A DNA stretch of 64,000 nt from NCBI GenBank assembly GCA_009782385.1, contig WRJE01000003.1, forward strand, positions 1,711 to 65,710. Direction: 5' to 3'. Below are positions 26,694-35,623 of the stretch, piece by piece. Below the pieces are notes generated by a model. It was not told the origin of the DNA and did not search any database. It saw only the letters and a program-made list of their open reading frames with translations. The stretch comes from Oscillospiraceae bacterium (GTDB taxonomy: Bacteria > Bacillota > Clostridia > Oscillospirales > UBA929). Within the stretch, counting starts at the first letter, position 1. Every line of letters begins with the position of its first letter. The position numbers and the translations under genes are program-made.

Positions 26694-28142
26694 CTATAAA
26701 CTCTCACCAAAGTCCGTTTTGAATTTCTCCGCAAGTTTTAACTGCCAATCGGAATCGGGAGCGAGCTTACCAAAGAAGAAGCGCAGTATCTTAGGCTCTT
26801 CCGTGAAGTGAAGCCCCCCGATAAGATGCCGATTCTGATAAAGCCAGTTTATCCTGTCAATGGCAAATTTAACTTGCGAGAGCGTAAACACACGCCTTGG
26901 CAGGGCAAGGCGCACAAGCTCCATATGCGCCATCGGTTCGGTGCCGTCTTTGTTGCGCTGTTCGGAAAGAGTGCCGCGTTCCATGCCGCGTATGCCGCTG
27001 ACAATATATAACGCGGCGGCAAGCGCACCGGCGGGGTATTTTTCTTGGGGGACATGACTTAGTATTTCTCTCGCGTTCAAATGACACCCGAGCCCGCCCG
27101 CGGGAGTAACAACGGGAATGTTCATCGCTGAAAGCTCGTCAACCATATGCTTGATAAACTGCGGAGCTTGTGAAATCATGTCCATATCAAGCGTCTCGTC
27201 AAGCCCGACCGTCAACGCTTCCATCTCACGGACAGACATACCGCCATAGGTCAGAAATCCCTCAAAGAGCGGAACGAGTTCGCGGATTCTTTCCATTAAA
27301 TCCTCACGGTGCAGACAGATACCGCCGCCCCTCGCGCAGCCGAGCTTTCTTGCGGAGAAATATATAATGTCAAATAAAGAGCCTATTTCGCGCATGATTG
27401 TAAGAATAGGCACGTTTTTATACGCTTCATCCCTTGCTTTGATGAAATAGAGGTTGTCGGCGAGAAGACTGGCATCCAGTACGGATATAACGCCGCTTTC
27501 GCGGCAAATATTCGTTATATCCCTGAAGTTTGCCATGGATACGGGCTGACCGCCAACTAAGTTAGTCCCGGACTCGACCCTGACAAACGGAATATCATCT
27601 TTTCTCGCGTTAATTAAATCACGCAATTTTTGCAAGTTCATATTTCCCTTAAACGGATTATCGCTCTTTACAGCCAAGCCCTCGTCTATGATTATTTCCG
27701 CGACCTCCGCGCCGAATCGTGATATATGCGCTTTCGCCGTTGTAAAATGATAATTCATCGGTACTATCATGTTGGGCTTGTTAATGAGAGACTGCGCGAG
27801 CAAGTGTTCGCAGGCCCTGCCCTGATGTGCCGGCAGGAAATATTTCATGCCGAATATCTCTTGCAGCTTTGCTTCAAGACGATAGTAGGTTTCGCTTCCC
27901 GCGTAGCTGTCATCGGCAACCATCATTGCCGCGAGCTGCCTGTCGCTCATGGCGTTTGAGCCGCTGTCGGTAAGCATATCCAAAAAAACATCCCTGTTTT
28001 TTAGGAGAAATGTGTTGTTGCCCGCTTCCGATATTGCCGCCAAACGGTCGTCAATCGGTCTTAGGTTAAGTTTTTGAATAATCTTAACCTTGTGCATTTC
28101 GAGCGGCATATCCGCGCTTCCAAAAAATTTTACCTCTGCCAT
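26694..28142 (-). CDS. Tryptophanase / tyrosine phenol-lyase family PLP enzyme (beta-eliminating lyase)
   Basis: 482 aa. FLDMLTDSGSNAMSD, YAGSETYY and the PLP-lysine region YFSARKLGCARGGG resemble TnaA/TPL. The substrate is not assignable by eye. Confidence 0.75.
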   Translation of the reverse strand: MAEVKFFGSADMPLEMHKVKIIQKLNLRPIDDRLAAISEAGNNTFLLKNRDVFLDMLTDSGSNAMSDRQLAAMMVADDSYAGSETYYRLEAKLQEIFGMKYFLPAHQGRACEHLLAQSLINKPNMIVPMNYHFTTAKAHISRFGAEVAEIIIDEGLAVKSDNPFKGNMNLQKLRDLINARKDDIPFVRVESGTNLVGGQPVSMANFRDITNICRESGVISVLDASLLADNLYFIKARDEAYKNVPILTIMREIGSLFDIIYFSARKLGCARGGGICLHREDLMERIRELVPLFEGFLTYGGMSVREMEALTVGLDETLDMDMISQAPQFIKHMVDELSAMNIPVVTPAGGLGCHLNAREILSHVPQEKYPAGALAAALYIVSGIRGMERGTLSEQRNKDGTEPMAHMELVRLALPRRVFTLSQVKFAIDRINWLYQNRHLIGGLHFTEEPKILRFFFGKLAPDSDWQLKLAEKFKTDFGESL

Positions 28143-28179
28143 TTTTAATATCCTCCGTAAAATATAATTATAAAGAGAA

Positions 28180-29877
28180 TCACAACTTAATCTTCACCGT
28201 CACAGTCGTACCCTTGCCCTCTTTGCTGTCAATTTCAATGATACCGTTATGATACTCTATTATTTCCCTTGCGATACTCAACCCAAGCCCCGTGCCGCCT
28301 GAAGCGCGCGAACGAGCCTTGTCTACCCGATAAAACCGCTCAAAAACACGTTCGATGTCTTTTTTGGGGATTCCGATACCCGTATCCTTAACGCTCACGG
28401 TCAAATAACCGCCCCCAACCCAAGCGCGAACACCAATATCTCCGCCATCGGGCGTATACTTAATGGCGTTTGAGAGTATATTCACGAACACCTGCGCCAA
28501 ACGCTCCTTGTCGGCGTACAGCTCAGGCAACCCGAGCGGTATGTCAAGAGACAGTTTCTGTCCGCGGTGCAGAGCTTCGAGCCTCATAGCCTCAAACGCG
28601 CCCTTTAATAAATCGGTTGCGGAAAAATTCGACATATGCCAGTCCATTTGTCCGTAATCAAAGCGGCTTAGGGTGAAGAGGTCGGAAACAATGCGCGTCA
28701 TCCTGTCCGCCTCGTTTACAATGACAGACGAAAACTTTGCGATTGTGTCCGCGTCAATGTCTTCGGGATTGGTAAGCGTTTCGGCGTAACCCTTAACGTT
28801 GGTAAGCGGCGTTCTTAACTCATGCGAAACACTGGAAACGAACTCGCGCCGCATACGGTCAAGCCGCGCCTGCTCCGTGATGTCATATATCAACGCCATG
28901 ACACCGCCCTCAGTCACCTCGCCGCCAAAAGTTGTAAACGACATATTCAGCAGCAAATCGCCGCGCTCAACTGTTCGCGTTATAGTCTCCCCATGCACTT
29001 CGGCAAGTGTTATAATGTCATCGAACAATTCATCGAACGTAAGCGTATCCTTGAACTCGACACAGAGCATTGTTTCGGCGGCGGGATTCATGTGCAGTAT
29101 CATGCCGTGCTTGCCAAACGCGGCAACACCATCGTTCATGTGTAAAAACAGCGTACCCAGCTTGTCGCGCTCATTGCCAATCGCGTTAAGCGTGTCGCGC
29201 AGAATGACAGCCATACCGTTAAATGTTTTTGTAAGCACACCGATTTCATCGTTTGAGTGTACGGCAAGCGGTTCTGTAAAACTGCCTGAAGCCACTTGCT
29301 GCGCGCTCTTTGTAAGGTTTTCTATCGGGTTTGTCATCGTCTTTGACAGCGCGAAAGCGAGCAGAACGGCTATTACAAGCCCAATCATCAGTGCTTGCAC
29401 TATAATGATAAAGATATCATTCATCTGTTCCGACAGCTCTGTCTTTTCGTCACGGATATATATTATATAAGCGTTATCTCCGCCCGTTACGGGAACGGCA
29501 CAGTCCATAAATCTCCCCGAGAACAGAACCGCGTATCCGCTCTCACCCGACAGCGCGGTAACGATATTTGGTGACATCTCTAATCGCGCACCCAACTCAT
29601 CGTTGGAGCCGGCGATGTGTTCCCCGGTCATTGCATCGAGTATAAAGAAATTTCTCTGGTCAAGGTCTACACCTAAAATACCTGAATACGCCTCGAGTAC
29701 GTCTTTTAAGCCGGCAATATTACTTGCTCCGACATCTACCCTAAGCGCATCGACAAAATCGACATTTTCAAAACTTTTTTTCATGGCTTGTGAAAATCTT
29801 TCCATATAAAACTGCTGAACGATACGCGCGATTAAAAAACTCCCGACAACTGCCATAAGCGACACAATCAGCAGCAC
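28180..29877 (-). CDS. WalK/VicK-like sensor histidine kinase (TM-sensor-TM-HAMP-PAS-HisKA-HATPase); annotated start uncertain
   Basis: H-box SHELRTPLT, N-box NAIKYT and G-boxes DTGIGI and GGTGLGL. GTG 29877 is the first in-frame start, but conserved N-terminal sequence continues upstream without a start codon (see findings). Confidence 0.8.
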   Translation of the reverse strand: MLLIVSLMAVVGSFLIARIVQQFYMERFSQAMKKSFENVDFVDALRVDVGASNIAGLKDVLEAYSGILGVDLDQRNFFILDAMTGEHIAGSNDELGARLEMSPNIVTALSGESGYAVLFSGRFMDCAVPVTGGDNAYIIYIRDEKTELSEQMNDIFIIIVQALMIGLVIAVLLAFALSKTMTNPIENLTKSAQQVASGSFTEPLAVHSNDEIGVLTKTFNGMAVILRDTLNAIGNERDKLGTLFLHMNDGVAAFGKHGMILHMNPAAETMLCVEFKDTLTFDELFDDIITLAEVHGETITRTVERGDLLLNMSFTTFGGEVTEGGVMALIYDITEQARLDRMRREFVSSVSHELRTPLTNVKGYAETLTNPEDIDADTIAKFSSVIVNEADRMTRIVSDLFTLSRFDYGQMDWHMSNFSATDLLKGAFEAMRLEALHRGQKLSLDIPLGLPELYADKERLAQVFVNILSNAIKYTPDGGDIGVRAWVGGGYLTVSVKDTGIGIPKKDIERVFERFYRVDKARSRASGGTGLGLSIAREIIEYHNGIIEIDSKEGKGTTVTVKIKL

Positions 29878-29932
29878 AAAAATCCCGACCAGTTTTATAT
29901 GGATAGTACGAAAAATTCTAATCCCCCATTTC

Positions 29933-29959
29933 TGTAGGGGACGCAGTCCTCTGCGTCCC
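29933..29959. repeat. TGTAGGG-hairpin family member between the response regulator and kinase genes
   Basis: TGTAGGGGACGCAG-TCCT-CTGCGTCCC, with a 9-bp perfect stem. Confidence 0.6.
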
Positions 29960-29983
29960 GCCGATCTAAGGTCATATTATTTT

Positions 29984-30676
29984 TTACCCGTCTGACAACA
30001 GGTATCCCGTGCCTCTCTTTGTCAGAATCAGTTTCGGTTCGGCGGGGTTGTCCTCCGCTTTTTCCCTAAGCCGCCTTATGGTTACATCCACCGTCCGCGC
30101 ATCACCGTAATACTCATAATTCCAGACCTTTTCCATTAGCTCCTCGCGCGTGAACACCCGATTGGGATTCTTTGCGAAGAACGCCAAAAGGTCATATTCC
30201 TTCTGCGAAAGCTCAAGCGTTTTGCCGTCCTTCTTAACTTCCATGCTGTTCGTGTTGATAACGAGATTGCCGCGCTTCAAAGCCCCGTCATCGGACGCGG
30301 ATAACGCCGCGTTCCGCCGGATGTTTGCCTTTATGCGGGCCGACAGCTCTTTCAGTGACGCAAACGGCTTTGTCACATAATCGTCCGCGCCCAATTCAAG
30401 TCCTAAGACCTTATCGGATTCCTCCTGCCTCGCGGTAATCATAATAACGGGTACTTGCGAACCCTGTTCACGGATACGCTTGCAGACCTCAAATCCGTCA
30501 ATGCCCGGAAGCATAATGTCCAACAGTATTAAATCAGGATTCAACTCCGCCGCCATCCGCAAGCCTTTCAGCCCGTTGCCGCTTGAGTGAACCGCGTATC
30601 CCTCGCGCTCCAAATGAAATTTAAGTATATCAACGATTGTCAGCTCGTCTTCAATGATAAGAATTGTTTTTTGCAT
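29984..30676 (-). CDS. OmpR/PhoB-family response regulator (WalR-like)
   Basis: Receiver domain (ILIIEDE...DIMLPGIDG...KPF) plus a winged-helix C-terminus (LTQKEYDLL-type: LSQKEYDLLAFFAKNPNRVFTREEL...VDVTIRRLREK). Confidence 0.9.
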   Translation of the reverse strand: MQKTILIIEDELTIVDILKFHLEREGYAVHSSGNGLKGLRMAAELNPDLILLDIMLPGIDGFEVCKRIREQGSQVPVIMITARQEESDKVLGLELGADDYVTKPFASLKELSARIKANIRRNAALSASDDGALKRGNLVINTNSMEVKKDGKTLELSQKEYDLLAFFAKNPNRVFTREELMEKVWNYEYYGDARTVDVTIRRLREKAEDNPAEPKLILTKRGTGYLLSDG

Positions 30677-30678
30677 AA

Positions 30679-31203
30679 TTACACCTCTGCTCTAAATACC
30701 GCCGCGACAGTCTTCGCGTCCTCAATTTCACCGCTCCGGCACATCCCGCGCAGCTTATTCAGTGATACATACTCAACGCTCAAAAATTCGTCTTCGTCTG
30801 GGTTTTTCTCCGTCTCAGTCAATCCTTTAGCCAGAAATATGTGTATAATCTCCCCGCAGTATGCGGGTGTGGGATATATTCTGCCCAGTGATACAAAGCT
30901 ATCCGCATTTAATCCGCACTCCTCGGCAAGCTCGCGCCGTCCGCACGCTTCCGGTGATTCGCCAAGCTCCAGTTTCCCGGCGGGCAGTTCCAGCATTTCT
31001 TTGTCCGCGCCGTGACGGAATTGCCGCACAAGCGGCACGTTTCCGTCTTCTGTCAGAGCCAGAACGCAAACGCCGCCGTTATGATGCACAATCTCGCGTT
31101 CCGCGCTCCGACCGTCAGGCAGTTCCACAGTATCCACCGTAATTGTAAAAACCCGCCCCTTATATATCTCGTTACTCTTCATCCTTTGAAAAGAAAATGG
31201 CAT
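30679..31203 (-). CDS. nudF: ADP-ribose pyrophosphatase-type NUDIX hydrolase
   Basis: Nudix box GKLELGESPEACGRRELAEECG. The N-terminal Y.G.VF...D.V.LPDG pattern is typical of NudF. Confidence 0.75.
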   Translation of the reverse strand: MPFSFQRMKSNEIYKGRVFTITVDTVELPDGRSAEREIVHHNGGVCVLALTEDGNVPLVRQFRHGADKEMLELPAGKLELGESPEACGRRELAEECGLNADSFVSLGRIYPTPAYCGEIIHIFLAKGLTETEKNPDEDEFLSVEYVSLNKLRGMCRSGEIEDAKTVAAVFRAEV

Positions 31204-32486
31204 TATTTTATTACCTCAATACCGCCCATGTATTTCCGCAAAACTTCTGGAACAACAACGCTTCCGTCCTTCTGCTGATTTTGCTCGACAAGAGCCGGAA
31301 GTATCCTGCTAGTTGCCAATCCCGAACCGTTCAGCGTGTGCATGAACTCCGTCTTTCCCGCACCCTCGCGCTTAAAGCGCGCCGCGCCGCGCCGCGCCTG
31401 ATAATCACGCGCGTTGGAAACGGATGAGACCTCTTTATATCCGTTCATAGACGGAATCTGTATCTCTATATCATAAGTTCGCGCCATTGACGCGGAGCAA
31501 TCACCTGCGGCGAGTTTGACCGTCCTGAAATGAAATCCAAGAGCTGCTACAAGAGCCTCAGCCTTGCCTACAAGCTCGTCAAAAGCGTTGGAAGAACCTT
31601 CGGGTGTCGTGAACTGAAACATTTCCACTTTATTAAACTGATGTCCGCGCACCATTCCGCGTTCGTCCGAGCCGTATGTCCCCGCTTCGCGGCGGAAACA
31701 CGGTGTATAAGATATATACTTTTTCGGCAGCTCGGCTTCAGTTAAAATTTCTTCACGGTGGAGCGAAGCGAGCGCGGCCTCCGCCGTTGGGAGCATATAG
31801 TGCATTCTGTCATCGGTCGGATTGGAGATTTTATAAACTTCATCAGTAAACTTCGGGAATTGTCCCGCAGTCAATCCGCACTGATACTCAAGCATATGCG
31901 GCACAAATAAAAGCTCGTACCCGTCCGCTAAATGTGTATCGATGAAAAAGTTGAGCAATGCCCATTCCAACCTCGCGCCAAGCCCCCGGTATATCCAAAA
32001 GCCGCTGCCCGCGAGCTTTACACCGCGCTGATAGTCAATAAGTCCGAGCTTTGTGCAAAGGTCGTAATGATTATGCGGCTCGAAGTCAAACTTATGCGGC
32101 TCTCCGTAATAACGCAAAGGCTCGTTGTTTTCTTTGCCGCCGGGAGAGAGGTCATCGTCCGGAGTGTTAGGGAGTTTAAGCATAAGGTCGTTATATTCAT
32201 CCCCGACCGCGCGCAGTTCCGTTTCGGCATCTTTAACCTTATCTTTCAGCGCGTTTAACCGCGCCAAGACTTCGGACGCATCACCGCCGGATTTTTTTAT
32301 CTCCGGGATTTGTTTAGAAACCCTGTTCTGCTCCGCTTTATCGGCTTCGCTCGCGGCGATAATCTCACGGCGGCGCAAGTCCAGTGAAATTATCCGGTCA
32401 ATATCAGCGGAACAGTCCGCGCCTTTTTTTAATAGGCTCTGCTTTATTGTGTCCGGGTTATCGCGTATAAGTTTTATATCAAGCAT
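31203..32486 (-). CDS. serS: Seryl-tRNA synthetase
   Basis: MLDIKLIRDNP... N-terminal coiled coil and class II motifs (FRREAG, GSGLA.SR). Confidence 0.95.
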   Translation of the reverse strand: MLDIKLIRDNPDTIKQSLLKKGADCSADIDRIISLDLRRREIIAASEADKAEQNRVSKQIPEIKKSGGDASEVLARLNALKDKVKDAETELRAVGDEYNDLMLKLPNTPDDDLSPGGKENNEPLRYYGEPHKFDFEPHNHYDLCTKLGLIDYQRGVKLAGSGFWIYRGLGARLEWALLNFFIDTHLADGYELLFVPHMLEYQCGLTAGQFPKFTDEVYKISNPTDDRMHYMLPTAEAALASLHREEILTEAELPKKYISYTPCFRREAGTYGSDERGMVRGHQFNKVEMFQFTTPEGSSNAFDELVGKAEALVAALGFHFRTVKLAAGDCSASMARTYDIEIQIPSMNGYKEVSSVSNARDYQARRGAARFKREGAGKTEFMHTLNGSGLATSRILPALVEQNQQKDGSVVVPEVLRKYMGGIEVIK

Positions 32487-32512
32487 TATTAATCATCTCC
32501 TTGCTGCTTATC

Positions 32513-32983
32513 TTATTCTTCTGCAAGTAATTCCTGAATTAACTTTTGGATTCTCTCCAGTTCTGTGTTTTCGCCTTCATCATTTGGTAAATGGTCTATC
32601 AGCTCATTGTACAAACGTATTAGCTCTGTTAGTTTTTCGCGATAGTAAATTAAGTTGTTATTTATTATCTCTCCAGTGTTGTACAGCTCATTGGTCTTCT
32701 TATTGCCCTCCTCCAACTCAAGTTTCAAGGTGGAAATTGATTCTTCCGCAGCAGCCAACTTGTTTGTTAAGGTTCTGTTGTCGTCCATTAAATTCTCAAC
32801 GGATTGCATAGCGGACAGCGAAACCCTCCGTGACTCCTCAAGTTCCTCCTCCGAACGCTCCATGCGCGATGAGTACAAGTATGACAGCAAGATTATAACC
32901 GCCGCCGCAGAAAACAACGCCACTGAGTAGAAAATTAGAAAAGCACGTTTCTTTCTTGGGGTATGTTCATTTCCCTCGTTCAT
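32513..32983 (-). CDS. Membrane-anchored coiled-coil protein (DUF4446-like, typical neighbour of parB in Clostridia)
   Basis: 156 aa: an N-terminal TM, then heptad-rich E/L/K sequence. It overlaps the parB stop. The family name is from memory of context only. Confidence 0.45.
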   Translation of the reverse strand: MNEGNEHTPRKKRAFLIFYSVALFSAAAVIILLSYLYSSRMERSEEELEESRRVSLSAMQSVENLMDDNRTLTNKLAAAEESISTLKLELEEGNKKTNELYNTGEIINNNLIYYREKLTELIRLYNELIDHLPNDEGENTELERIQKLIQELLAEE

Positions 32984-33840
32984 TTCGGGCCTCCGATCAG
33001 TGACTCCATCAGCGTTTCAAGGTCTTCCGGACTGTAAAATTCCATCTCGATTTTCCCGCGCTTCGATCCCGCCTTTATTTTGACCTTTCGCCCGTAAAGT
33101 TTGCACAGATGCCGCTCGTAATCGTCTACATAGTTCGGCTCGGGGTTAAGTTTGGGCTTGTAATCGACCGTGAGCCGCTTGACCATACTTTCCGTGTCTC
33201 TGACGTTCAAATCCTCGTTGATGACGGCAATCGCGGCCGCCTCCTGCAAGGCGGGGTCTGACAACGGAAGCAGTGCGCGCGCGTGACCGGAAGACAAATC
33301 CCCCTCGGCGACACGCTGTCTGTTTCGCCCGGTAAGCCCGAGCAGGCGCATTGCGTTTGCCACGGCGGGACGCGACTTGCCCACGCGGTCGGCGACATCT
33401 TCCTGTGTAAGCCCGTAGACATCCACAAGGGCTCTGTAGCCCTCCGCTTCGTCAATGGGATTCAAATCCTCGCGCTGAAGGTTTTCAATGAGAGCCAATT
33501 CCAGAGCGTGACGGTCATCTGTATTATAGATAACCGCGGGAATATCGTTGAGACCCGCCATTTTTGCCGCCCGCCAGCGGCGTTCGCCGGCGATAATCTG
33601 ATAGTAACCGGTTGGCAGACGGCGCACAACCAAAGGTTGTATCACTCCGTGCTGCTTTATACTCTCGGACAGTTCAAAAAGAGTAGTATCATTAAATATA
33701 CTCCTAGGCTGATCGGAACGCGGCTCTATCTCGGATAAGCGCAGCTTAAAGGTGCTGCTGCCGCTCTCCGAATCGCGCACGGCATCGTCCCCGAATAACG
33801 CTCCAAGTCCGCGACCAAGCCCTGTATTTCTATTCGCCAT
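32980..33840 (-). CDS. parB: Chromosome partitioning protein ParB/Spo0J
   Basis: GLGRGLGALF, the ParB box GERRWRAA, and an HTH (LTQEDVADRVGKSRPAVANAMRLL). Confidence 0.95.
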   Translation of the reverse strand: MANRNTGLGRGLGALFGDDAVRDSESGSSTFKLRLSEIEPRSDQPRSIFNDTTLFELSESIKQHGVIQPLVVRRLPTGYYQIIAGERRWRAAKMAGLNDIPAVIYNTDDRHALELALIENLQREDLNPIDEAEGYRALVDVYGLTQEDVADRVGKSRPAVANAMRLLGLTGRNRQRVAEGDLSSGHARALLPLSDPALQEAAAIAVINEDLNVRDTESMVKRLTVDYKPKLNPEPNYVDDYERHLCKLYGRKVKIKAGSKRGKIEMEFYSPEDLETLMESLIGGPK

Positions 33841-33841
33841 A

Positions 33842-34600
33842 TCAAACTCCCCCCTTCTTCACAAGTTCATCTGCCAATTCTATATAGCTGTCCGCACCTC
33901 TGGATGAACGGTCGTAGTGTATGATAGGGAGTCCATGGCTTGGAGCTTCCGACAGCCGCACATTGCGCGGTATTGTAGCCTTGAACACCTTGCCGGGGAA
34001 ATGCCGTTTGACCTCGTCCGCAACTTGAGTGGACAGATTTGTCCGGGAATCGTACATTGTCAGCAGGACACCCTCGATTTCAAGCCCGGGGTGCAGTCTT
34101 CCTCTCACGAAACGCACGGTTTGCATAAGGTCGGACAATCCCTCAAGCGCGTAATACTCGCACTGTACGGGAATCAACACAGTGTCACTGGCACAGAGAG
34201 CGTTAAGCGTTAAAAGTCCGAGCGACGGCGGGCAGTCGATGATTATGTAGTCATATACGTCTTTCACGGATTCCAAGGCGTTTCTTAGCCTGAACTCTCG
34301 TTCCTCTAAAGACACCAACTCAAGTTCGGCGGCGGATAGCGAAACGCCCGTTGGAATAATATTTGAAAAATGTGTAGGTACAATGGCTTTAGCCGTATTA
34401 ACGCCGCCGACTACAACATCATAGACATTCGGACTTGAGGTCTTATTCACGCCCATGCCGGATGTCGCGTTGCCCTGCGGGTCAAAATCGACAAGCAGAA
34501 CATGGAGTTTCTTTTCATATAAACAAGCCGACAGATTAACGGCTGTGGTTGTTTTGCCAACGCCACCCTTTTGGTTAACAACGGCGATAGTCTTTCCCAT
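33842..34600 (-). CDS. parA: Chromosome partitioning ATPase ParA/Soj
   Basis: Deviant Walker A NQKGGVGKTTT. The sequence is full-length Soj-like. Confidence 0.95.
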   Translation of the reverse strand: MGKTIAVVNQKGGVGKTTTAVNLSACLYEKKLHVLLVDFDPQGNATSGMGVNKTSSPNVYDVVVGGVNTAKAIVPTHFSNIIPTGVSLSAAELELVSLEEREFRLRNALESVKDVYDYIIIDCPPSLGLLTLNALCASDTVLIPVQCEYYALEGLSDLMQTVRFVRGRLHPGLEIEGVLLTMYDSRTNLSTQVADEVKRHFPGKVFKATIPRNVRLSEAPSHGLPIIHYDRSSRGADSYIELADELVKKGGV

Positions 34601-34694
34601 TCATAGTCTCCTTCGGAAGATGCTTCTTCCATGCAAAATAATTACAAAGCTCATTCTAACACAACAACTGTTTTTTCGCAACAAAAATCAAAAA

Positions 34695-34710
34695 TGTTTC
34701 ACGTGAAACA
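34695..34710. other. parS centromere-like site, perfect consensus
   Basis: TGTTTCACGTGAAACA, a perfect 16-bp palindrome, 95 nt upstream of the parA start. Confidence 0.9.
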
Positions 34711-34718
34711 ATATATAT

Positions 34719-34739
34719 GGGCGGATTCAAAATCCGCCC
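34719..34739. terminator. GC hairpin between sleB and parA
   Basis: GGGCGGAT-TCAAA-ATCCGCCC flanked by A/T runs. The same stem sequence recurs at 37500-37519. Confidence 0.55.
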
Positions 34740-34765
34740 ATTATATTGAGTTTACATAAAATATA

Positions 34766-35443
34766 TCACAGGCAAAACCTGTAACTGCCTATATCCAAAA
34801 CCGTCTCGCGCATATACATTTTATGATTTGTTTCCGACCTTGGGTTATAGTAATAAAGCGAGCCGAAGCCGGGGTCAATGCCGCTGATGGCATCTAATGC
34901 TGCTTTTTTTGCGCTCTCAGCGGCGATTTTTTCAAGTTTCCCTGCTTCCGCAAACGCGCCGGGCTGAAAAATAACGCCGGACATTGTGTTTGGAAATGAA
35001 GGGTGTCGCATTCGGTTTAGCACCACCGCGCCTATGGCGACCTGTGCGCTGTACGGTTCTCCCTTAGCTTCGGCATATATAAGGCGGGCGAGCAGTTCCG
35101 CGTCATTGTCCCTCTGTTCGGAGTTTGTGTTTGACACCGGGAGGTATATGCCCAGTGCCTGAAGAGTGCGCGTTCCGGCAATTCCATCGGAATGCAAGTC
35201 GTTTTTGCGTTGGAAGCGCGTTACGGCATCGGCGGTTTTGGGACCGTAATCCCCGTCAATGGCGGCTTCATAAAAACCCCAGTTTTGAAGTTTAGTTTGT
35301 ATCTGACGCACAACATCGCCCTTAGAACCCTGACGGAAGGTCGCGGCCTGAGCGTCCGGTACAGACTTCATGGCAAGTATCAGCAGTATATTCGCCGCGA
35401 ACAGGGCGATTAGTGATAGAATGAGCTTTTTTCTGTTTTGCAT
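34766..35443 (-). CDS. sleB: Spore cortex-lytic enzyme SleB-type cell wall hydrolase (PG_binding_1 + Hydrolase_2)
   Basis: Signal/TM, a PG-binding repeat (GDVVRQIQTKLQNWGFY...DGDYGPKTADAVTRFQ), then the catalytic region LLARLIYAEAKGEPY..QVAIGAVVLNRM. ATG 35443 has SD GGGAGGG. Confidence 0.8.
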   Translation of the reverse strand: MQNRKKLILSLIALFAANILLILAMKSVPDAQAATFRQGSKGDVVRQIQTKLQNWGFYEAAIDGDYGPKTADAVTRFQRKNDLHSDGIAGTRTLQALGIYLPVSNTNSEQRDNDAELLARLIYAEAKGEPYSAQVAIGAVVLNRMRHPSFPNTMSGVIFQPGAFAEAGKLEKIAAESAKKAALDAISGIDPGFGSLYYYNPRSETNHKMYMRETVLDIGSYRFCL

Positions 35444-35562
35444 GGTAACAACCCTCCCGATGACTTTACATGACAATACTATTGCGGTATTTATGGAAGT
35501 ATGTCCATAATGAGGGTTGTTATGCGAGGGGATGATGTGGGGAATGTGGTGCTTCTAAATGT

Positions 35563-35590
35563 GGCGCGTCAAGGATGCCGCGCCCTACAG
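35563..35590 (+). repeat. CCCTACAG-hairpin family member (near-identical to the copy at 52901-52928)
   Basis: GGCGCGTCAAGGATGCCGCGCCCTACAG versus GGCGCGTCAGGGATGCCGCGCCCTACGG at 52901. Confidence 0.75.
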
Positions 35591-35623
35591 GACAATGCTT
35601 TTGAAACTTTTTTCAAAAAACAT

